A stretch of 64,000 nucleotides of DNA from Puniceicoccaceae bacterium (GTDB lineage Bacteria > Verrucomicrobiota > Verrucomicrobiia > Opitutales > Oceanipulchritudinaceae): the NCBI GenBank assembly GCA_040830765.1, contig JBFOMH010000021.1, positions 32,001 to 96,000 of the forward strand, written 5' to 3'. The translations under genes and the position numbers were made by a program. The notes under the pieces were generated by a model. That model ran no database searches. It was given only the letters and a program-made list of their open reading frames with translations, and was not told the origin of the DNA. Shown piece by piece: positions 40,832 through 51,209 of this stretch (position 1 is the first letter of the stretch; each line of letters opens with the position of its first letter).

Positions 40832-40848
40832 TTCCGTATTTGATGCAT

Positions 40849-40879
40849 AAAAAAGCCGGATGGGGAAGCCCCATCCGGC
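40849..40879 (-). terminator. Terminator of the TonB-system operon
   Basis: AAAAAA-GCCGGATGGGG-aag-CCCCATCCGGC on the + strand. Confidence 0.85.
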
Positions 40880-40911
40880 GAAAAGTGGTCTGCTGGAGAT
40901 TCGGACGCCGA

Positions 40912-42429
40912 TTAACCGCGGCGACGATTCTTGAGGGCGTCCCGGATCTGGTTCAGGTAGGCCTGGACATTCTCATGATACTCCAGTCCTTGGGCTGTTT
41001 CCAGAAGGTCGGCTGCCTGGTCCAGTTCATTGCGCTGCACCCGAAGCTGGGCTTCCCCGATGTAGGCGCGGCGGCGGTCCATCAAGTCATCGAGGTTTTG
41101 CGCCCGCTCATAATAGAGAATAGCGCGTTGCTCGTATTCCCTCTTGAGGCGAGTCCGCTCAATCTCATCAGTGACGGTGGCTTCCGCCTCGAGGTCACCA
41201 TAGTAGCGGGCAAGGTTGAGAAGGGCCCGGCCATTGAAAGCGTCCCGCTTGAGGAGGGCTTCCAGGTTGGCTGCCGCTTCAGCACCCTTGCCAAGGGAAA
41301 TGTTGATTTCCGAGCTCAGGGAAAGGAGTTCAATTTCGTCCTCCTCGTCCATGTTGCCCTTGTAGACAGCCTGGATTTTCTCGATGACGGCCATGCCTTG
41401 TTCATAGGCGATGTAATTGTTGAGCGACTTGGCTGCACCAATGAAGGAATTGAGGTAAGCCTGCGAGGGTTCCATGGCGATGGCCTCGAGATAGACTTCG
41501 GTGGCCTCGTCGACCATATCCTTGTTCATGTAGACGTCACCCAGGAGCATCAGCGAAGGAACATTGGACTTGCCCATGAAGCGGACAATTTCCAGGTTTC
41601 GCGCAGCCTGGTCGATTTCCTCGAGGGCAATGTAGCAGTTGGCCTGGGCCATCCAGAAGGTGGGTTCGTTCGGACTGCGTTGCAGCATTTCGGCAAAGAT
41701 TTCCTTGGCTTCGGCATAGCGTTCCTGCTGCAGCAGGACGTTGCCCAGGAGTTGCTTGAACTGCGGAATGGAGGGATTGATCATGAGGCTGTTGCGCAGG
41801 GCGGATTCAGCGGAAACCAACTTGCCTTCCTCCATGTAGATAGCCCCGAGAATACCGAAGGACACGGCATCCCGGTCGCCCAGTTCGATGGCCTTGACGA
41901 AGTGCACCTTGGCTTCCTCCGCCTTGTCATTGCGGAAGAGCAGGTTGGCAAGATTCTTGTGGGCCCGCTTGAAGTTCGGAAATCCGGTGTTCGGGTCAAT
42001 GGCCCGCTTCAGGTAGCGCTCGGCCCGGGCGATAGACTGTTTGGAACGTGCCTCGTCCTTGGTCACTTCCGCGTTCCGCATTTCCAGGGTGCCGGCAATC
42101 TGCAGCATCATCGGGCTGGTTACTGTTCCTGCGGCCTGTTGCTCACGGATGAGGGCCTCGACCGCTCCAACGGCTGCCCGGAGGTCAGCATCCGCTCCGG
42201 TTTGCAGGAGGTCGCGTACCTGTCCAAGCACTTCCCGTTCACGCGGATCTTCGGGGATACCGGGTTCAACGCCTGTATCGACTCCGTAGTAGCCCATGAA
42301 GGCCTGTTGCCATTCCTTGGTGGCGTAGAAGGCCAGGGCGGGTGCAGCGTCCACGTCAATGACTTGCTTCTGGGCCTGGACTGCAACGCAGGCCCCAGCG
42401 AGGGTTATGAGGGTGATGATTCGTTTCAT
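40912..42429 (-). CDS. Secreted TPR protein (TtpD position of the TonB operon)
   Basis: Signal peptide and multiple TPR-like helical repeats; last gene of the TonB operon. Confidence 0.85.
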   Translation of the reverse strand: MKRIITLITLAGACVAVQAQKQVIDVDAAPALAFYATKEWQQAFMGYYGVDTGVEPGIPEDPREREVLGQVRDLLQTGADADLRAAVGAVEALIREQQAAGTVTSPMMLQIAGTLEMRNAEVTKDEARSKQSIARAERYLKRAIDPNTGFPNFKRAHKNLANLLFRNDKAEEAKVHFVKAIELGDRDAVSFGILGAIYMEEGKLVSAESALRNSLMINPSIPQFKQLLGNVLLQQERYAEAKEIFAEMLQRSPNEPTFWMAQANCYIALEEIDQAARNLEIVRFMGKSNVPSLMLLGDVYMNKDMVDEATEVYLEAIAMEPSQAYLNSFIGAAKSLNNYIAYEQGMAVIEKIQAVYKGNMDEEDEIELLSLSSEINISLGKGAEAAANLEALLKRDAFNGRALLNLARYYGDLEAEATVTDEIERTRLKREYEQRAILYYERAQNLDDLMDRRRAYIGEAQLRVQRNELDQAADLLETAQGLEYHENVQAYLNQIRDALKNRRRG

Positions 42430-42452
42430 GGGAAATCTCTTATGTATAGGTT

Positions 42453-43109
42453 CTAGCGGTTAAATTTGAAGGGAATGGGAAGGCGGACCCAAACGTTCAC
42501 GGCCTTGCCATCCTTTTCACCGGGTTCAAAGCGCCATTTGCGGACAGCCCGGATGGCTGGTTCCTCAAAGGCGGGATTGTCGGAGCGCTCCACGGTAATC
42601 CTCGACGTTGTCCCATCCGCACGGACGGCGAATTTGAGGACAACGGTCCCGGAGATACCTGCCCGACGCAGTTCCGGTGGATAGGTCGGGGAGGGCCGGG
42701 AAATCGGCCGCGGAGGCTGAGTCAGGTCAGACAGTTCGTAGATGATATCATCCAGCTGATCCCCGACATTGATAGTGGGGACAGTGAAGTCCGAACTGGC
42801 AATACCCGAGAGGTCGGCGCTCATGGACAACTCCAATTGTTCCAGGGTCGGAGGTTCACGATTCTGTTCGATCTCCTCGATGTCTTCATCCTGGTCCTCC
42901 TCTTCCGGAGGCGGCGGTTGCTCCATCATCGTGGGTGGTTTCATTTCCACCACATCCACTTCGGCCCGGTCGCGGCCACCGAATTCGGTTATCAATTGGC
43001 TGATCGGCAAGGCCAGCAATACGGCAGCCATGAAGACAAAGCCGGTCAGTAATGACCGTGGAATCTCTGTCTTGAGATCGGGTGGCTGGTTAATGTGTTT
43101 GTTGGGCAT
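42453..43109 (-). CDS. tonB: Energy transducer TonB
   Basis: N-terminal TM, Pro/Glu linker, 'P.YP....R.G..G.V...F.V..DG', 'A..AV.KWRF.P'. Confidence 0.9.
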   Translation of the reverse strand: MPNKHINQPPDLKTEIPRSLLTGFVFMAAVLLALPISQLITEFGGRDRAEVDVVEMKPPTMMEQPPPPEEEDQDEDIEEIEQNREPPTLEQLELSMSADLSGIASSDFTVPTINVGDQLDDIIYELSDLTQPPRPISRPSPTYPPELRRAGISGTVVLKFAVRADGTTSRITVERSDNPAFEEPAIRAVRKWRFEPGEKDGKAVNVWVRLPIPFKFNR

Positions 43110-43119
43110 GCTCGAAATT

Positions 43120-43533
43120 CTAGGGGGATTCAGTTGAAATGCTCACCACGGAAGGTGGATTCGCCAGTTTGCACTCGTCGATCACGCGGATGACAATACC
43201 AGCAGGGGCGGCACGGTCAGCCTGCAGGATGACGGGCATGAACTGGTTGTCCGCGGTGAGACGCTTGACTACGCCCCGGACGCCAACAACCCCGATATTG
43301 GACCCTCCATAGACCACTTCCCCGTCCGGGGTAATGGCGATGAGGATGGAATTCTTTTCCAAATCGAGGGAAGAGAGGGCAAATTCGCGCTCCACCTCGA
43401 CACCCGGTTCCTGCACGAAGACCGTCGTGACAATGAAGAAAATCAGCAGGATGAAGACCATATCAATCATCGGGGAGATGTTGATATCGCTCATTTCCGC
43501 TTCGTCTTGCAGAATACTTCCACGCTTACTCAT
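43120..43533 (-). CDS. exbD: Biopolymer transporter ExbD
   Basis: 'INISPMIDMVFILLIFFIVTT', 'ILQAD'. Confidence 0.92.
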   Translation of the reverse strand: MSKRGSILQDEAEMSDINISPMIDMVFILLIFFIVTTVFVQEPGVEVEREFALSSLDLEKNSILIAITPDGEVVYGGSNIGVVGVRGVVKRLTADNQFMPVILQADRAAPAGIVIRVIDECKLANPPSVVSISTESP

Positions 43534-44195
43534 CGGGCGTCCTCCAGTTTGTGGACCCGTTGTACGACCGTCGTTTCCAGCTCAGCCAGAAAGGCGAGGT
43601 AGGTATTCCGGGAACGGATGACCAGGGAAATGAAAATATAGCCCGGGATGGCAATCATGAGACCGGTCTGCGTCGTGATGAGGGCCACCCGGATACCTTC
43701 GGCAACCAGGTCCACCGCCTGCCCGGAGGCCGTTGCCAGCCCGCGGAAGGTAGTTAGCATCCCGATGACCGTTCCCAACAGCCCCATCAGGGGAGCGATG
43801 GTGACAAGGATGCTTAGCACGACGATTCGGTTGTTGATGTCCGGCAGGAGCTTCGACTTGACCGCCTCCACGCGGAGGATGGCGTCATCGGAGCGAATCC
43901 CGTCGCCGACAACGAAACGGATGACATCCCCGATATGGCCTGAGCCCTTGGAGGGATTATCAATCCAGTCCGACCAGACGGAACGGGGGGTCTTCTTGAT
44001 TTTCGCCTTCCCCAAACGGAGAATAAGGGCCATCGCCTCGAAGTAAATGAGGAGGGCCAGTGCAGCCAGCGGGATCATCAGCCAGCCGCCCTCGACCCAG
44101 GTTTGCCAGACAAAGCTGACAAACTCACCGGGGGACATGCCACCGGATGATCGGAGGGCCTCTGTGGCGTTTTCCATGTTAGCAGGATCTGACAT
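43530..44195 (-). CDS. exbB: MotA/TolQ/ExbB proton channel protein
   Basis: 'GG..M.PL', 'APLMGLLGTV.GM..TF', 'GI..ALITT..GL..AIP'. Confidence 0.9.
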   Translation of the reverse strand: MSDPANMENATEALRSSGGMSPGEFVSFVWQTWVEGGWLMIPLAALALLIYFEAMALILRLGKAKIKKTPRSVWSDWIDNPSKGSGHIGDVIRFVVGDGIRSDDAILRVEAVKSKLLPDINNRIVVLSILVTIAPLMGLLGTVIGMLTTFRGLATASGQAVDLVAEGIRVALITTQTGLMIAIPGYIFISLVIRSRNTYLAFLAELETTVVQRVHKLEDAR

Positions 44196-44230
44196 GAGAT
44201 CGTTTCCTGGAGTTCGGGGAAAAGACCCCG

Positions 44231-45631
44231 TTATTGCTCGGTGGATTCCCCGCGCATTTCAGCAACACCATTGATGAAGCTGACCGCGGCCTGTTCCATG
44301 CTTCCGACGACTCCCTTGGCCTTCCGGTTGAGGAGCGCGTGCATGATCAGGGTTGGGATGGCCACAATCAGACCCCACTTGGTCGTGATCAGGGCCTCGG
44401 AGATACCGGAGGAAAGGTTCCTGGCATCACCCGTACCAACGATGGTGATGAGCTTGAAGGTCTTGATCATCCCGGTAACGGTACCAAGCAGACCCAGCAG
44501 CGGGGCTGTGGCAGCAACAACCGCAATAAACGGCAGGAAGCGCTCCAGCTTGGGCTGGGTCTTGATGATGTTCTCATAGAGGACTTCCTCAATAACTTCA
44601 CGGTCTTCCGAGGAGTTCTCCACGGCGGCGCAAAGCATTTCACCAACTGGTCCGCCAACGGATTTGGCGTGGGCCATGGCGGCGTCACTGTTTTCACCCC
44701 GTAAATGGTCGAGGATGACATCGATATCCTTGGCGTTGGCCGCCTTGACCCGGAACAGCTCGAGGGCCTTGAAGAGGGCGATAAGGATAGCCAGGGTGAA
44801 GAGGCCGAGAATCGGATACATGACAAAACCACCAAGCGCCCATTCCTCGAGCAGGGTGATGTCGTGGGTAATGCCTTCGAGGGCTTCCCCATCGGTAGTA
44901 TCCACAGGAATCATGCCGCTGCCGGAATTGGCTGTGGTGCTGATGCCTTCCGCGTACTCGGGGAGGGGATAGATGTTGGCGCGGTTTTCCCGCATTCCGT
45001 TGGTGATTCCGACATCGCCTTCCGCATCCGTGAAGTAGGATACGGGGCCAATGAGGGCGAAGGTGCCTTCCTTGAGGGTGCCCTCGACGATCGCCGGGCC
45101 CTGGTAGGTGTCACCACCAATGACACGGGCCACCCGGGCAAGGGACATTTCCACGATTTTCAGCTGGTTGCTGAAAATCGTTGCATCGTCGGCCTTCTCT
45201 TCAGATTCGAGGAAAGCCAGGGATTCGCGGATGGAGCCCGTGTAAACCGGGATTTCTGAAGGATCGATCGTCAACTCAAGACGACGGATGTACTCGTTGA
45301 GCAGGGTCGACTGAATGTAATTGTTGGTATCGATGACACTCTGCTTTTCCTTTTCCAGCTGGCTGACTTCGACATCGAAGCCGGCCTTGATACGGGCCGC
45401 GTTGGAGGCCTCATCACGCAGTCGGAGCGCAGTGGCTTCGACTTCGTCCAATTGAGCGCCCAGCTTGGGGCGCTTGTCATTGACTTCCGCCTGGATGACA
45501 TCGAGCTCATCGAGAGCTTTCTCGAGGCGCTGGTTGGCTTCTGAGGAAGCCTTGACGAAGGCCCGGGCATCGCTTTGGGCATTCAGCCCTGCGACAGCCA
45601 TCAGGAGTAAAAATGTTACGGTCTTTTTCAT
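44231..45631 (-). CDS. Large MotA/TolQ/ExbB protein with periplasmic N-terminal domain (TtpC-like)
   Basis: Signal peptide, coiled-coil N-terminal domain, C-terminal 'APLLGLLGTVTGMI.TF...GISEAL.TT'. Confidence 0.88.
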   Translation of the reverse strand: MKKTVTFLLLMAVAGLNAQSDARAFVKASSEANQRLEKALDELDVIQAEVNDKRPKLGAQLDEVEATALRLRDEASNAARIKAGFDVEVSQLEKEKQSVIDTNNYIQSTLLNEYIRRLELTIDPSEIPVYTGSIRESLAFLESEEKADDATIFSNQLKIVEMSLARVARVIGGDTYQGPAIVEGTLKEGTFALIGPVSYFTDAEGDVGITNGMRENRANIYPLPEYAEGISTTANSGSGMIPVDTTDGEALEGITHDITLLEEWALGGFVMYPILGLFTLAILIALFKALELFRVKAANAKDIDVILDHLRGENSDAAMAHAKSVGGPVGEMLCAAVENSSEDREVIEEVLYENIIKTQPKLERFLPFIAVVAATAPLLGLLGTVTGMIKTFKLITIVGTGDARNLSSGISEALITTKWGLIVAIPTLIMHALLNRKAKGVVGSMEQAAVSFINGVAEMRGESTEQ

Positions 45632-45653
45632 CAGTAAATCTCCTCGGGAATAA

Positions 45654-46433
45654 TTAGTTGCCGATTGTCAGGTTCTGGACTTCTACCGGGAGGTCGACCA
45701 GCATGGCGGGCTTGATGTCCCCGTTGTAGTACTGGATGGCCATCCGGATGCTTCCGGCGAGGTCATTGCGCTCAGCCCATTGCCAGTCACCGGCAGCTGG
45801 GGTTCCGACACCACCAATACTGCCTTCGCTGTCCGCGTAGTAGGCTACGGCGAGGCCGAGATAGATAACGTCAACCAGCTTTGTTTCCCCGCTGGGGAGC
45901 TTCTTTTCAAAGCTGTCGAAGTTGAAATCGGAATTGAACTTGTCGACTTCGTTGAGGATACCGATGAGAATGGCCATCCGGTCAGCGGAGTTGCGGCTCT
46001 TGCCGAGCTGCTGCACCAGGCGCTCGACCTTGCTTTTCAGCGGTGTGGGGAAGTACTGGTACATTTCCCGCATCTTGTCCTCGAAGGCCGGAAGGGCCTG
46101 ACCAACGATGTCATTGGCGGAACGCAGGACGGCGATTTCCTCCTTAACGGCGGCAATCTGGCGTTCAGCCTGGGTTGTGTCCTTCTCAGCCCGTTCAATC
46201 AACTGGCTGAGCTGGCTGATTTCCCGTTCATAGAGGTCGATCCGGCGTTGGGTCAGTTCCTGGTAGGACTTCCACTCATTCTTGACCCGGGCGATTTCCT
46301 GGCGTGTTTCCACATATTTGGAAATAACTTCCCTTGCTTTCTCGATTTCCTTTTGCACGGCGGCCTCGTCCTGGGCATGGAGGGTGCTTCCAGCAACCAG
46401 TGCGGCCAGACCATAGAGGATTTTCTTATTCAT
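45654..46433 (-). CDS. DUF3450-family (TtpB-like) periplasmic coiled-coil protein
   Basis: Signal peptide, coiled coil, 'V..IYLG...YY...G' block; first gene of the TonB operon. Confidence 0.8.
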   Translation of the reverse strand: MNKKILYGLAALVAGSTLHAQDEAAVQKEIEKAREVISKYVETRQEIARVKNEWKSYQELTQRRIDLYEREISQLSQLIERAEKDTTQAERQIAAVKEEIAVLRSANDIVGQALPAFEDKMREMYQYFPTPLKSKVERLVQQLGKSRNSADRMAILIGILNEVDKFNSDFNFDSFEKKLPSGETKLVDVIYLGLAVAYYADSEGSIGGVGTPAAGDWQWAERNDLAGSIRMAIQYYNGDIKPAMLVDLPVEVQNLTIGN

Positions 46434-46641
46434 AAGTTTTTTGGTGGTTATTGTTAATTAAAGGGTGGGCGGTAGCGGTCGAATGGCTTGAATTCGATTT
46501 ACAATATAAGTGTTAGGGGGGTTAAGGGTTCGGCACGTTCAATCTTGGGTAGAGGAAGTAAAGTTTTGAAGGCTGAGGGAATCAGGTGTCAACACAAGAC
46601 TGTGGCTGGGAGGCAATATTACCGGTCATCTAGGATTTATC

Positions 46642-48321
46642 CTAATCTGGTCTATTAGATGGGGGAGGCGGGCGTCTGCGACCGCTGCGCAGTATGTCAA
46701 AGGCAACATAGGCGCCGATAGCGGCGGAGAGGACATAACCGATAAGCCCGATGGCAGGAAATCCCCAGAGCAGGGGCTTGATTCCCGTATTGATGACAAT
46801 GGAACTGCCGATGACAAGGGAGCCGATGATAACCGCCAGCGATAACCTGCTAAAGGCGTGGTGAATCGTGTTGGTGGCCCGGTAAACGCCACGGTGCTCC
46901 AGAATGACCGGCAGTTCCCCGTCTTCCATGCGGTGGAGAACCCGCTGGAGATCCTGCGGGAGTTCGCTCAGATGGGTCCACTTTTCGCGCCAATCGGCGA
47001 GGATGGAGCTGGCCAGGTTGCCTGGATTCCAGCGCTCCCAATTCAATTTCTTGATGAAGGGCTCTCCGACTTCGGCGAGGTTAAAGTTCGGATCGAGGAG
47101 GGTGGCGGTCCGTTCGAGGGAAATAATGGCCTTGGCCAGCAGGGTGTAGTCGCGGGCAACATGAATGCCATGGGAACCAAAGACGAAAATCATCTCAAAT
47201 ATGACCCGGCCGATGTTCTCCATCCGCTTGAGGTCGGCATCATACTTGAAAAGGACGGTGGTGACAGCCTTCTCCAGTTTGGTCCGTTGCATCCGGTGAG
47301 GGACCCGGCCCAGTTGCAGGGCAACGCGGGTGACCATGGCGGCGTCCCGTTTGGCGCAGGCGGCAAACAGGTCGATGAGGGCATAGCGCATGCGGCTGGT
47401 CAATTGGCCGGCAAGGCCCCAGTCGAGCAGGCAGAGCCGGCTATCGGGGGTGACGAGGATATTGCCGGGATGGGGGTCCCCGTGGAAAAATCCTGTCATG
47501 ACGATTTGCGAGAAGAAGGAATTCCCGCCAGTCGTGGCAATATCCGAGGCTTCCTCCGGGGAAAAGTGGGTCCTGGCCGGTGTTTTGCCATCAATCCATT
47601 CACTGACCAGCAGGCGTGAGGTGGTGTAGGCCTCGATGACTTCCGGGGCAAAGACCTTCTCCGGGAACTGGTTCAGTGAGTTGAAGACGCTCGCGTTGCG
47701 GGCCTCGATGGCAAAGTTCAGCTCGTCAAGGAGGCCCTGTTTCAGTTCCTCCAGCACCGTGGGCAAATCAAGCGGGCGGAGGGCCTCAATATTCTCATGG
47801 ATCTGCTCGGCCAGCCAGACCATGATTTCCAGATCGGTCCGGATGGGCTTGCGCAGGCCCGGTTTCTGGATTTTGACAGCGACCTCCTGCCCGTTGGTCT
47901 TCAGCCGGGCCCGGTAAATCTGTCCAAGGGAGGCGGAGGCCGAGGGATCCTTGTTGAATTCGGAAAAGACCTCCTCGTAGGGGCAGCCCAGCTCCTTCTC
48001 AAGGGCGGGCCGTATTTTATCAAAATCCAGCGGAGTAATCTGGTCCTGCAGTGCCTCGAGCTCGATTATGAGCTCCATGGGAAGGATATCGGGCCGGGTG
48101 CTGAGGACCTGGCCAATTTTAATGAAGGTCGGGCCCAGTTCCTCGATGGCCAGGCGGATGCGGCGCCAGAGGGAGATCTTTTCGTGGACTGGCGGGACAA
48201 ACCGGGTCAGCCAGGCGGCCGGGAGGTCGGTGTTCTCAAGAATTTGATCAAAGCGATACTTGAGGAGAATCGTGACGATCTCCTTTGCCCGGACAGCATC
48301 CCTGATCAGGTGAAGTTTCAC
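46642..48321 (-). CDS. AarF/UbiB (ABC1) family kinase-like protein
   Basis: 'LGPTFIK.GQ.LSTRPD', 'ASLGQ...A', 'VAVK.Q.PG', 'FHGDPHPGN', 'D.G'; C-terminal TM helices. Confidence 0.93.
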   Translation of the reverse strand: MKLHLIRDAVRAKEIVTILLKYRFDQILENTDLPAAWLTRFVPPVHEKISLWRRIRLAIEELGPTFIKIGQVLSTRPDILPMELIIELEALQDQITPLDFDKIRPALEKELGCPYEEVFSEFNKDPSASASLGQIYRARLKTNGQEVAVKIQKPGLRKPIRTDLEIMVWLAEQIHENIEALRPLDLPTVLEELKQGLLDELNFAIEARNASVFNSLNQFPEKVFAPEVIEAYTTSRLLVSEWIDGKTPARTHFSPEEASDIATTGGNSFFSQIVMTGFFHGDPHPGNILVTPDSRLCLLDWGLAGQLTSRMRYALIDLFAACAKRDAAMVTRVALQLGRVPHRMQRTKLEKAVTTVLFKYDADLKRMENIGRVIFEMIFVFGSHGIHVARDYTLLAKAIISLERTATLLDPNFNLAEVGEPFIKKLNWERWNPGNLASSILADWREKWTHLSELPQDLQRVLHRMEDGELPVILEHRGVYRATNTIHHAFSRLSLAVIIGSLVIGSSIVINTGIKPLLWGFPAIGLIGYVLSAAIGAYVAFDILRSGRRRPPPPSNRPD

Positions 48322-48329
48322 ACCCGGGA

Positions 48330-48647
48330 TCAGGAGTCACTCTCTTTTTCCAGGCCGGCAACCTGTCCTTCCAAGGCCTTGAGACGCTTCTCGATGGACT
48401 CCAGGTCCTTTTTCCAGGCGACCGGCGACTTTTCCAGGAGTTCTTCAAAGAGAGATTTCAGGGAAGACTGGGCTTCCTCAAACTCCTTCTTGCTTTCCTC
48501 GGAAATCTTCTTGGCGGTGTCCTTGGCCTCGTCGGCGGACAGTTTGCCTTTCTCGACCAGTTCCTGAAGGGCGGATTCAATTTTCTCCGCACTGACAACC
48601 GTTGCGCCGATGCCGGCATAGAGGGTTCTTTTTAATGCTTCTATCAT
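48330..48647 (-). CDS. Phasin-like small helical protein
   Basis: 'L.AG.G......EK......ELV.KG.L...EAK', '.L..IE.RL..LE'. Start at ATG 48647. Confidence 0.75.
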   Translation of the reverse strand: MIEALKRTLYAGIGATVVSAEKIESALQELVEKGKLSADEAKDTAKKISEESKKEFEEAQSSLKSLFEELLEKSPVAWKKDLESIEKRLKALEGQVAGLEKESDS

Positions 48648-48682
48648 AAGAATACTTAGCTTAGAGACAGAATCCCGAAAAA

Positions 48683-49420
48683 TCAATCATTGCTAAGGCT
48701 GTAGACCTCATCCCGGAGAATGAATCCTTCCGAGCCTGAAGATGTCATGACATGGAAAAATCCTTTCTGTTCCCCGATAATACGTATGGGATCGCCCTTG
48801 ATGAGGACGGATTCCCCGGGGCTCTGGTCCGTTGGAGCCACCCGCAGGGATACCAGGGATGAGGAGACGACGGCCCATTCCTTGAACAGCTTGTGTTGGA
48901 TAATGGCGGTCGCGCAAAGACCCATGGCGAGGAGGCAAACCACTCCCATGCTCTTGTTGAACGGGATTCGGAAGCGGACAAAGTCACCATGGAAGAACAA
49001 GATCAGGGCAGCCCAGAAGAGGCCCGCGGCGAGAGCTGTCCACTGCCGCTCCGAAAGCAGGTTGCCAGGGCTGGCCAGCTTGGGGTACTCCTCGGATAGC
49101 CCCATGCGGTTGGCGGCGAGAAGCAGATTGGCCCGTGCTGGTTCCATGTTGGGGTTGAGGGAATAGGCCTTCATGTAGTGAAAAGCGGCTTCGCTCCACT
49201 TGTCCTGCCGGGCGAGGCAATTGCCGAGGTTATAATGGACTTCCGCGGACTGGACTGATTGCAATACTTCCCGATAGGCGGTCTCTGCGGAGATGAAATC
49301 GCCATTCCCATAGGCGATGTTGCCCTTGAGGAAGGTTTCCTCGATGGACTGGGCCCAGACGGGGAGGGCCGCGATGAGAAGGAGCAGGGGGGCGAGTCTG
49401 GATAGGCGTGGGGCTTTCAT
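48683..49420 (-). CDS. BatE-like TPR/SH3 protein
   Basis: Signal peptide, TPR 'YNLGN', two TM helices, SH3-like C-terminus; position in the Bat operon. Confidence 0.8.
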   Translation of the reverse strand: MKAPRLSRLAPLLLLIAALPVWAQSIEETFLKGNIAYGNGDFISAETAYREVLQSVQSAEVHYNLGNCLARQDKWSEAAFHYMKAYSLNPNMEPARANLLLAANRMGLSEEYPKLASPGNLLSERQWTALAAGLFWAALILFFHGDFVRFRIPFNKSMGVVCLLAMGLCATAIIQHKLFKEWAVVSSSLVSLRVAPTDQSPGESVLIKGDPIRIIGEQKGFFHVMTSSGSEGFILRDEVYSLSND

Positions 49421-49430
49421 GGAGATCGGA

Positions 49431-51206
49431 TTATCGGTTCTGGCGGCTTAATTCCTGGACAACGGAAGCCAATTGTCGATTAAGGGCGTCCAATTCCTCC
49501 GGTGGGATACTAATGCCGGCGAACTGGTGTGCATCGGCCTTGTCAAGGATTGCGGTGACCTTGGTCTGCGTGGACGCCTCAACATTACTGGAGTCGAGTA
49601 TGGCCATGCAGTCAGAAGTGACAAGAGTTTTGGCTTCCACGGGATGGGGAGAAAGGTGGCTGATAGTTTCCTGGAGGGCGAAGCGGGCGGCCTCCAGAAA
49701 ATCCGGAACGTCTCCCTTGCGGGCGGACTCGCGAGCCCGCTGCAGGGCTTTCCTGACCTTGCGGTTGCCACGATGCCGGCGAGCCAATGCGGTGTCTGTC
49801 AAAATCCGCCTCCGCCGCCGGGACCAACCGGCAAGCAGGCCGAGAACCAATCCAGTCCCGAAATTGATCAGCCAGAAGGAGGGTTCCTTCCAGAGTATCG
49901 AGCCGTAGGGGTGAAGGTTGCCGGAGTCCGCCTGAAGGGGAAGAATATTTTCCGGGATGCGGTCTTCCTCCTCTTCCTCATCGCTGGAGAGCCCGGGGAT
50001 GAACGGTGCCGAATCGACCGGCTTGAGGGATGGGGCCACATTGACGGAAACAGCTTCCAGCAGGTCGGTCGCGTAGGTCGCGGTCTGCGGATCAAAGGTG
50101 GCGTATTGAATAGCCGGAATTTCCGTTATCTCTTCCGATTGGGGAATGAGGATGAATTCATAGGATTTGCTGCCCTCGAATCCACGGTCATCTTCCGGGG
50201 TAAAGTCGACCTTTGGGGGATAGATACGCCAGTTATCCCACTCTGGCAGTTCCGGGGGTGAAATCCGATCAAAGTTGCCTTCACCGGAAACGGTCAGGGT
50301 GAGGGTCATCGGCTCACCAACCGTCAGGTCGGTGGAGGAAACCTCGGAGGCAATGGACAACTTCCCGATACCGCCGGTAAAGCCGTCCGGACGGTCATCC
50401 TCCGGTAGGGGAAGGATCTCGGTATTGATTGGCTCCGTGGCCAGGGTGGTGGTTTCAGTCCGGGTCCGGCTCATGCTGAATACACTGGGAAAGCGGCTAT
50501 CGGGGCTGACAATCTGGAGGGCGATATTCTGCCGGAAGCGCAGTTCGGCGGTGCCCGACTTGATGGGAGTGATGAGAATATCCCAGACCAGGGCGTTGTA
50601 GGATTGGCCGTTGTAGGTGATGGTTCCCCGGATGGGATTGTTGTCGAATTCACTGTGGAGGAAGGCATCCCCTTCGCTTTCCGGGAAGGCCACGTTGGCC
50701 AGGTTGAGGTCCCGGCGCACAAGCAAGGCAAGCCGGGCCGGCAGGGCCTGGCCGACATAGTAGGGCGGTTTCTGGATTTCCAGGCGCAGGAGGGCCCGGG
50801 ACTTTGTCTCCTCGTCCATCGGGATGCAGCGAATCTGGACATCAGGGATGGCGATTTCCTCGCCACGGATCTGGATGATTCTGCCGGGAATAGTGTAGGC
50901 ACCGGTTTCAGTCGGCCGGAATGTCCAGCTCAGCTCGGTCTCGACGCTTACCCGGCCATTGATGATCTGCTGATAGGAAGAGGTGGAGGGAGTGGAGTTG
51001 AAGTCCAGTCCGGCGACCCGCGGTGTATTCAGATTGGGAATACTGTCAGTATTGAGGAAGCGAATACTGTAAGTGGCTGCCTGCCCGACCATGACCACTG
51101 ATGGCTTGGCCTCGGCCTGGACAAGTACCGATTGTGACCAAAGTGATGGCGCGGCCAGGGCCAGCAATGGTGCGATGATGTATTGAATTCTGGATACAAA
51201 TGACAT
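49431..51206 (-). CDS. BatD family protein
   Basis: 'S..IING', 'G...IP', 'LP....P..F.G.IG', 'VGEP.TL...V.G.GN', 'IP...FDP....Y'. Confidence 0.85.
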   Translation of the reverse strand: MSFVSRIQYIIAPLLALAAPSLWSQSVLVQAEAKPSVVMVGQAATYSIRFLNTDSIPNLNTPRVAGLDFNSTPSTSSYQQIINGRVSVETELSWTFRPTETGAYTIPGRIIQIRGEEIAIPDVQIRCIPMDEETKSRALLRLEIQKPPYYVGQALPARLALLVRRDLNLANVAFPESEGDAFLHSEFDNNPIRGTITYNGQSYNALVWDILITPIKSGTAELRFRQNIALQIVSPDSRFPSVFSMSRTRTETTTLATEPINTEILPLPEDDRPDGFTGGIGKLSIASEVSSTDLTVGEPMTLTLTVSGEGNFDRISPPELPEWDNWRIYPPKVDFTPEDDRGFEGSKSYEFILIPQSEEITEIPAIQYATFDPQTATYATDLLEAVSVNVAPSLKPVDSAPFIPGLSSDEEEEEDRIPENILPLQADSGNLHPYGSILWKEPSFWLINFGTGLVLGLLAGWSRRRRRILTDTALARRHRGNRKVRKALQRARESARKGDVPDFLEAARFALQETISHLSPHPVEAKTLVTSDCMAILDSSNVEASTQTKVTAILDKADAHQFAGISIPPEELDALNRQLASVVQELSRQNR

Positions 51207-51209
51207 GGT

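Noticed and set aside
40840..42456. 538-aa ORF antisense to the TPR gene, and similar shadow ORFs over dnaK, sod, carA and sppA
   Set aside because: Fully overlap well-supported genes on the opposite strand and lack recognisable domains.
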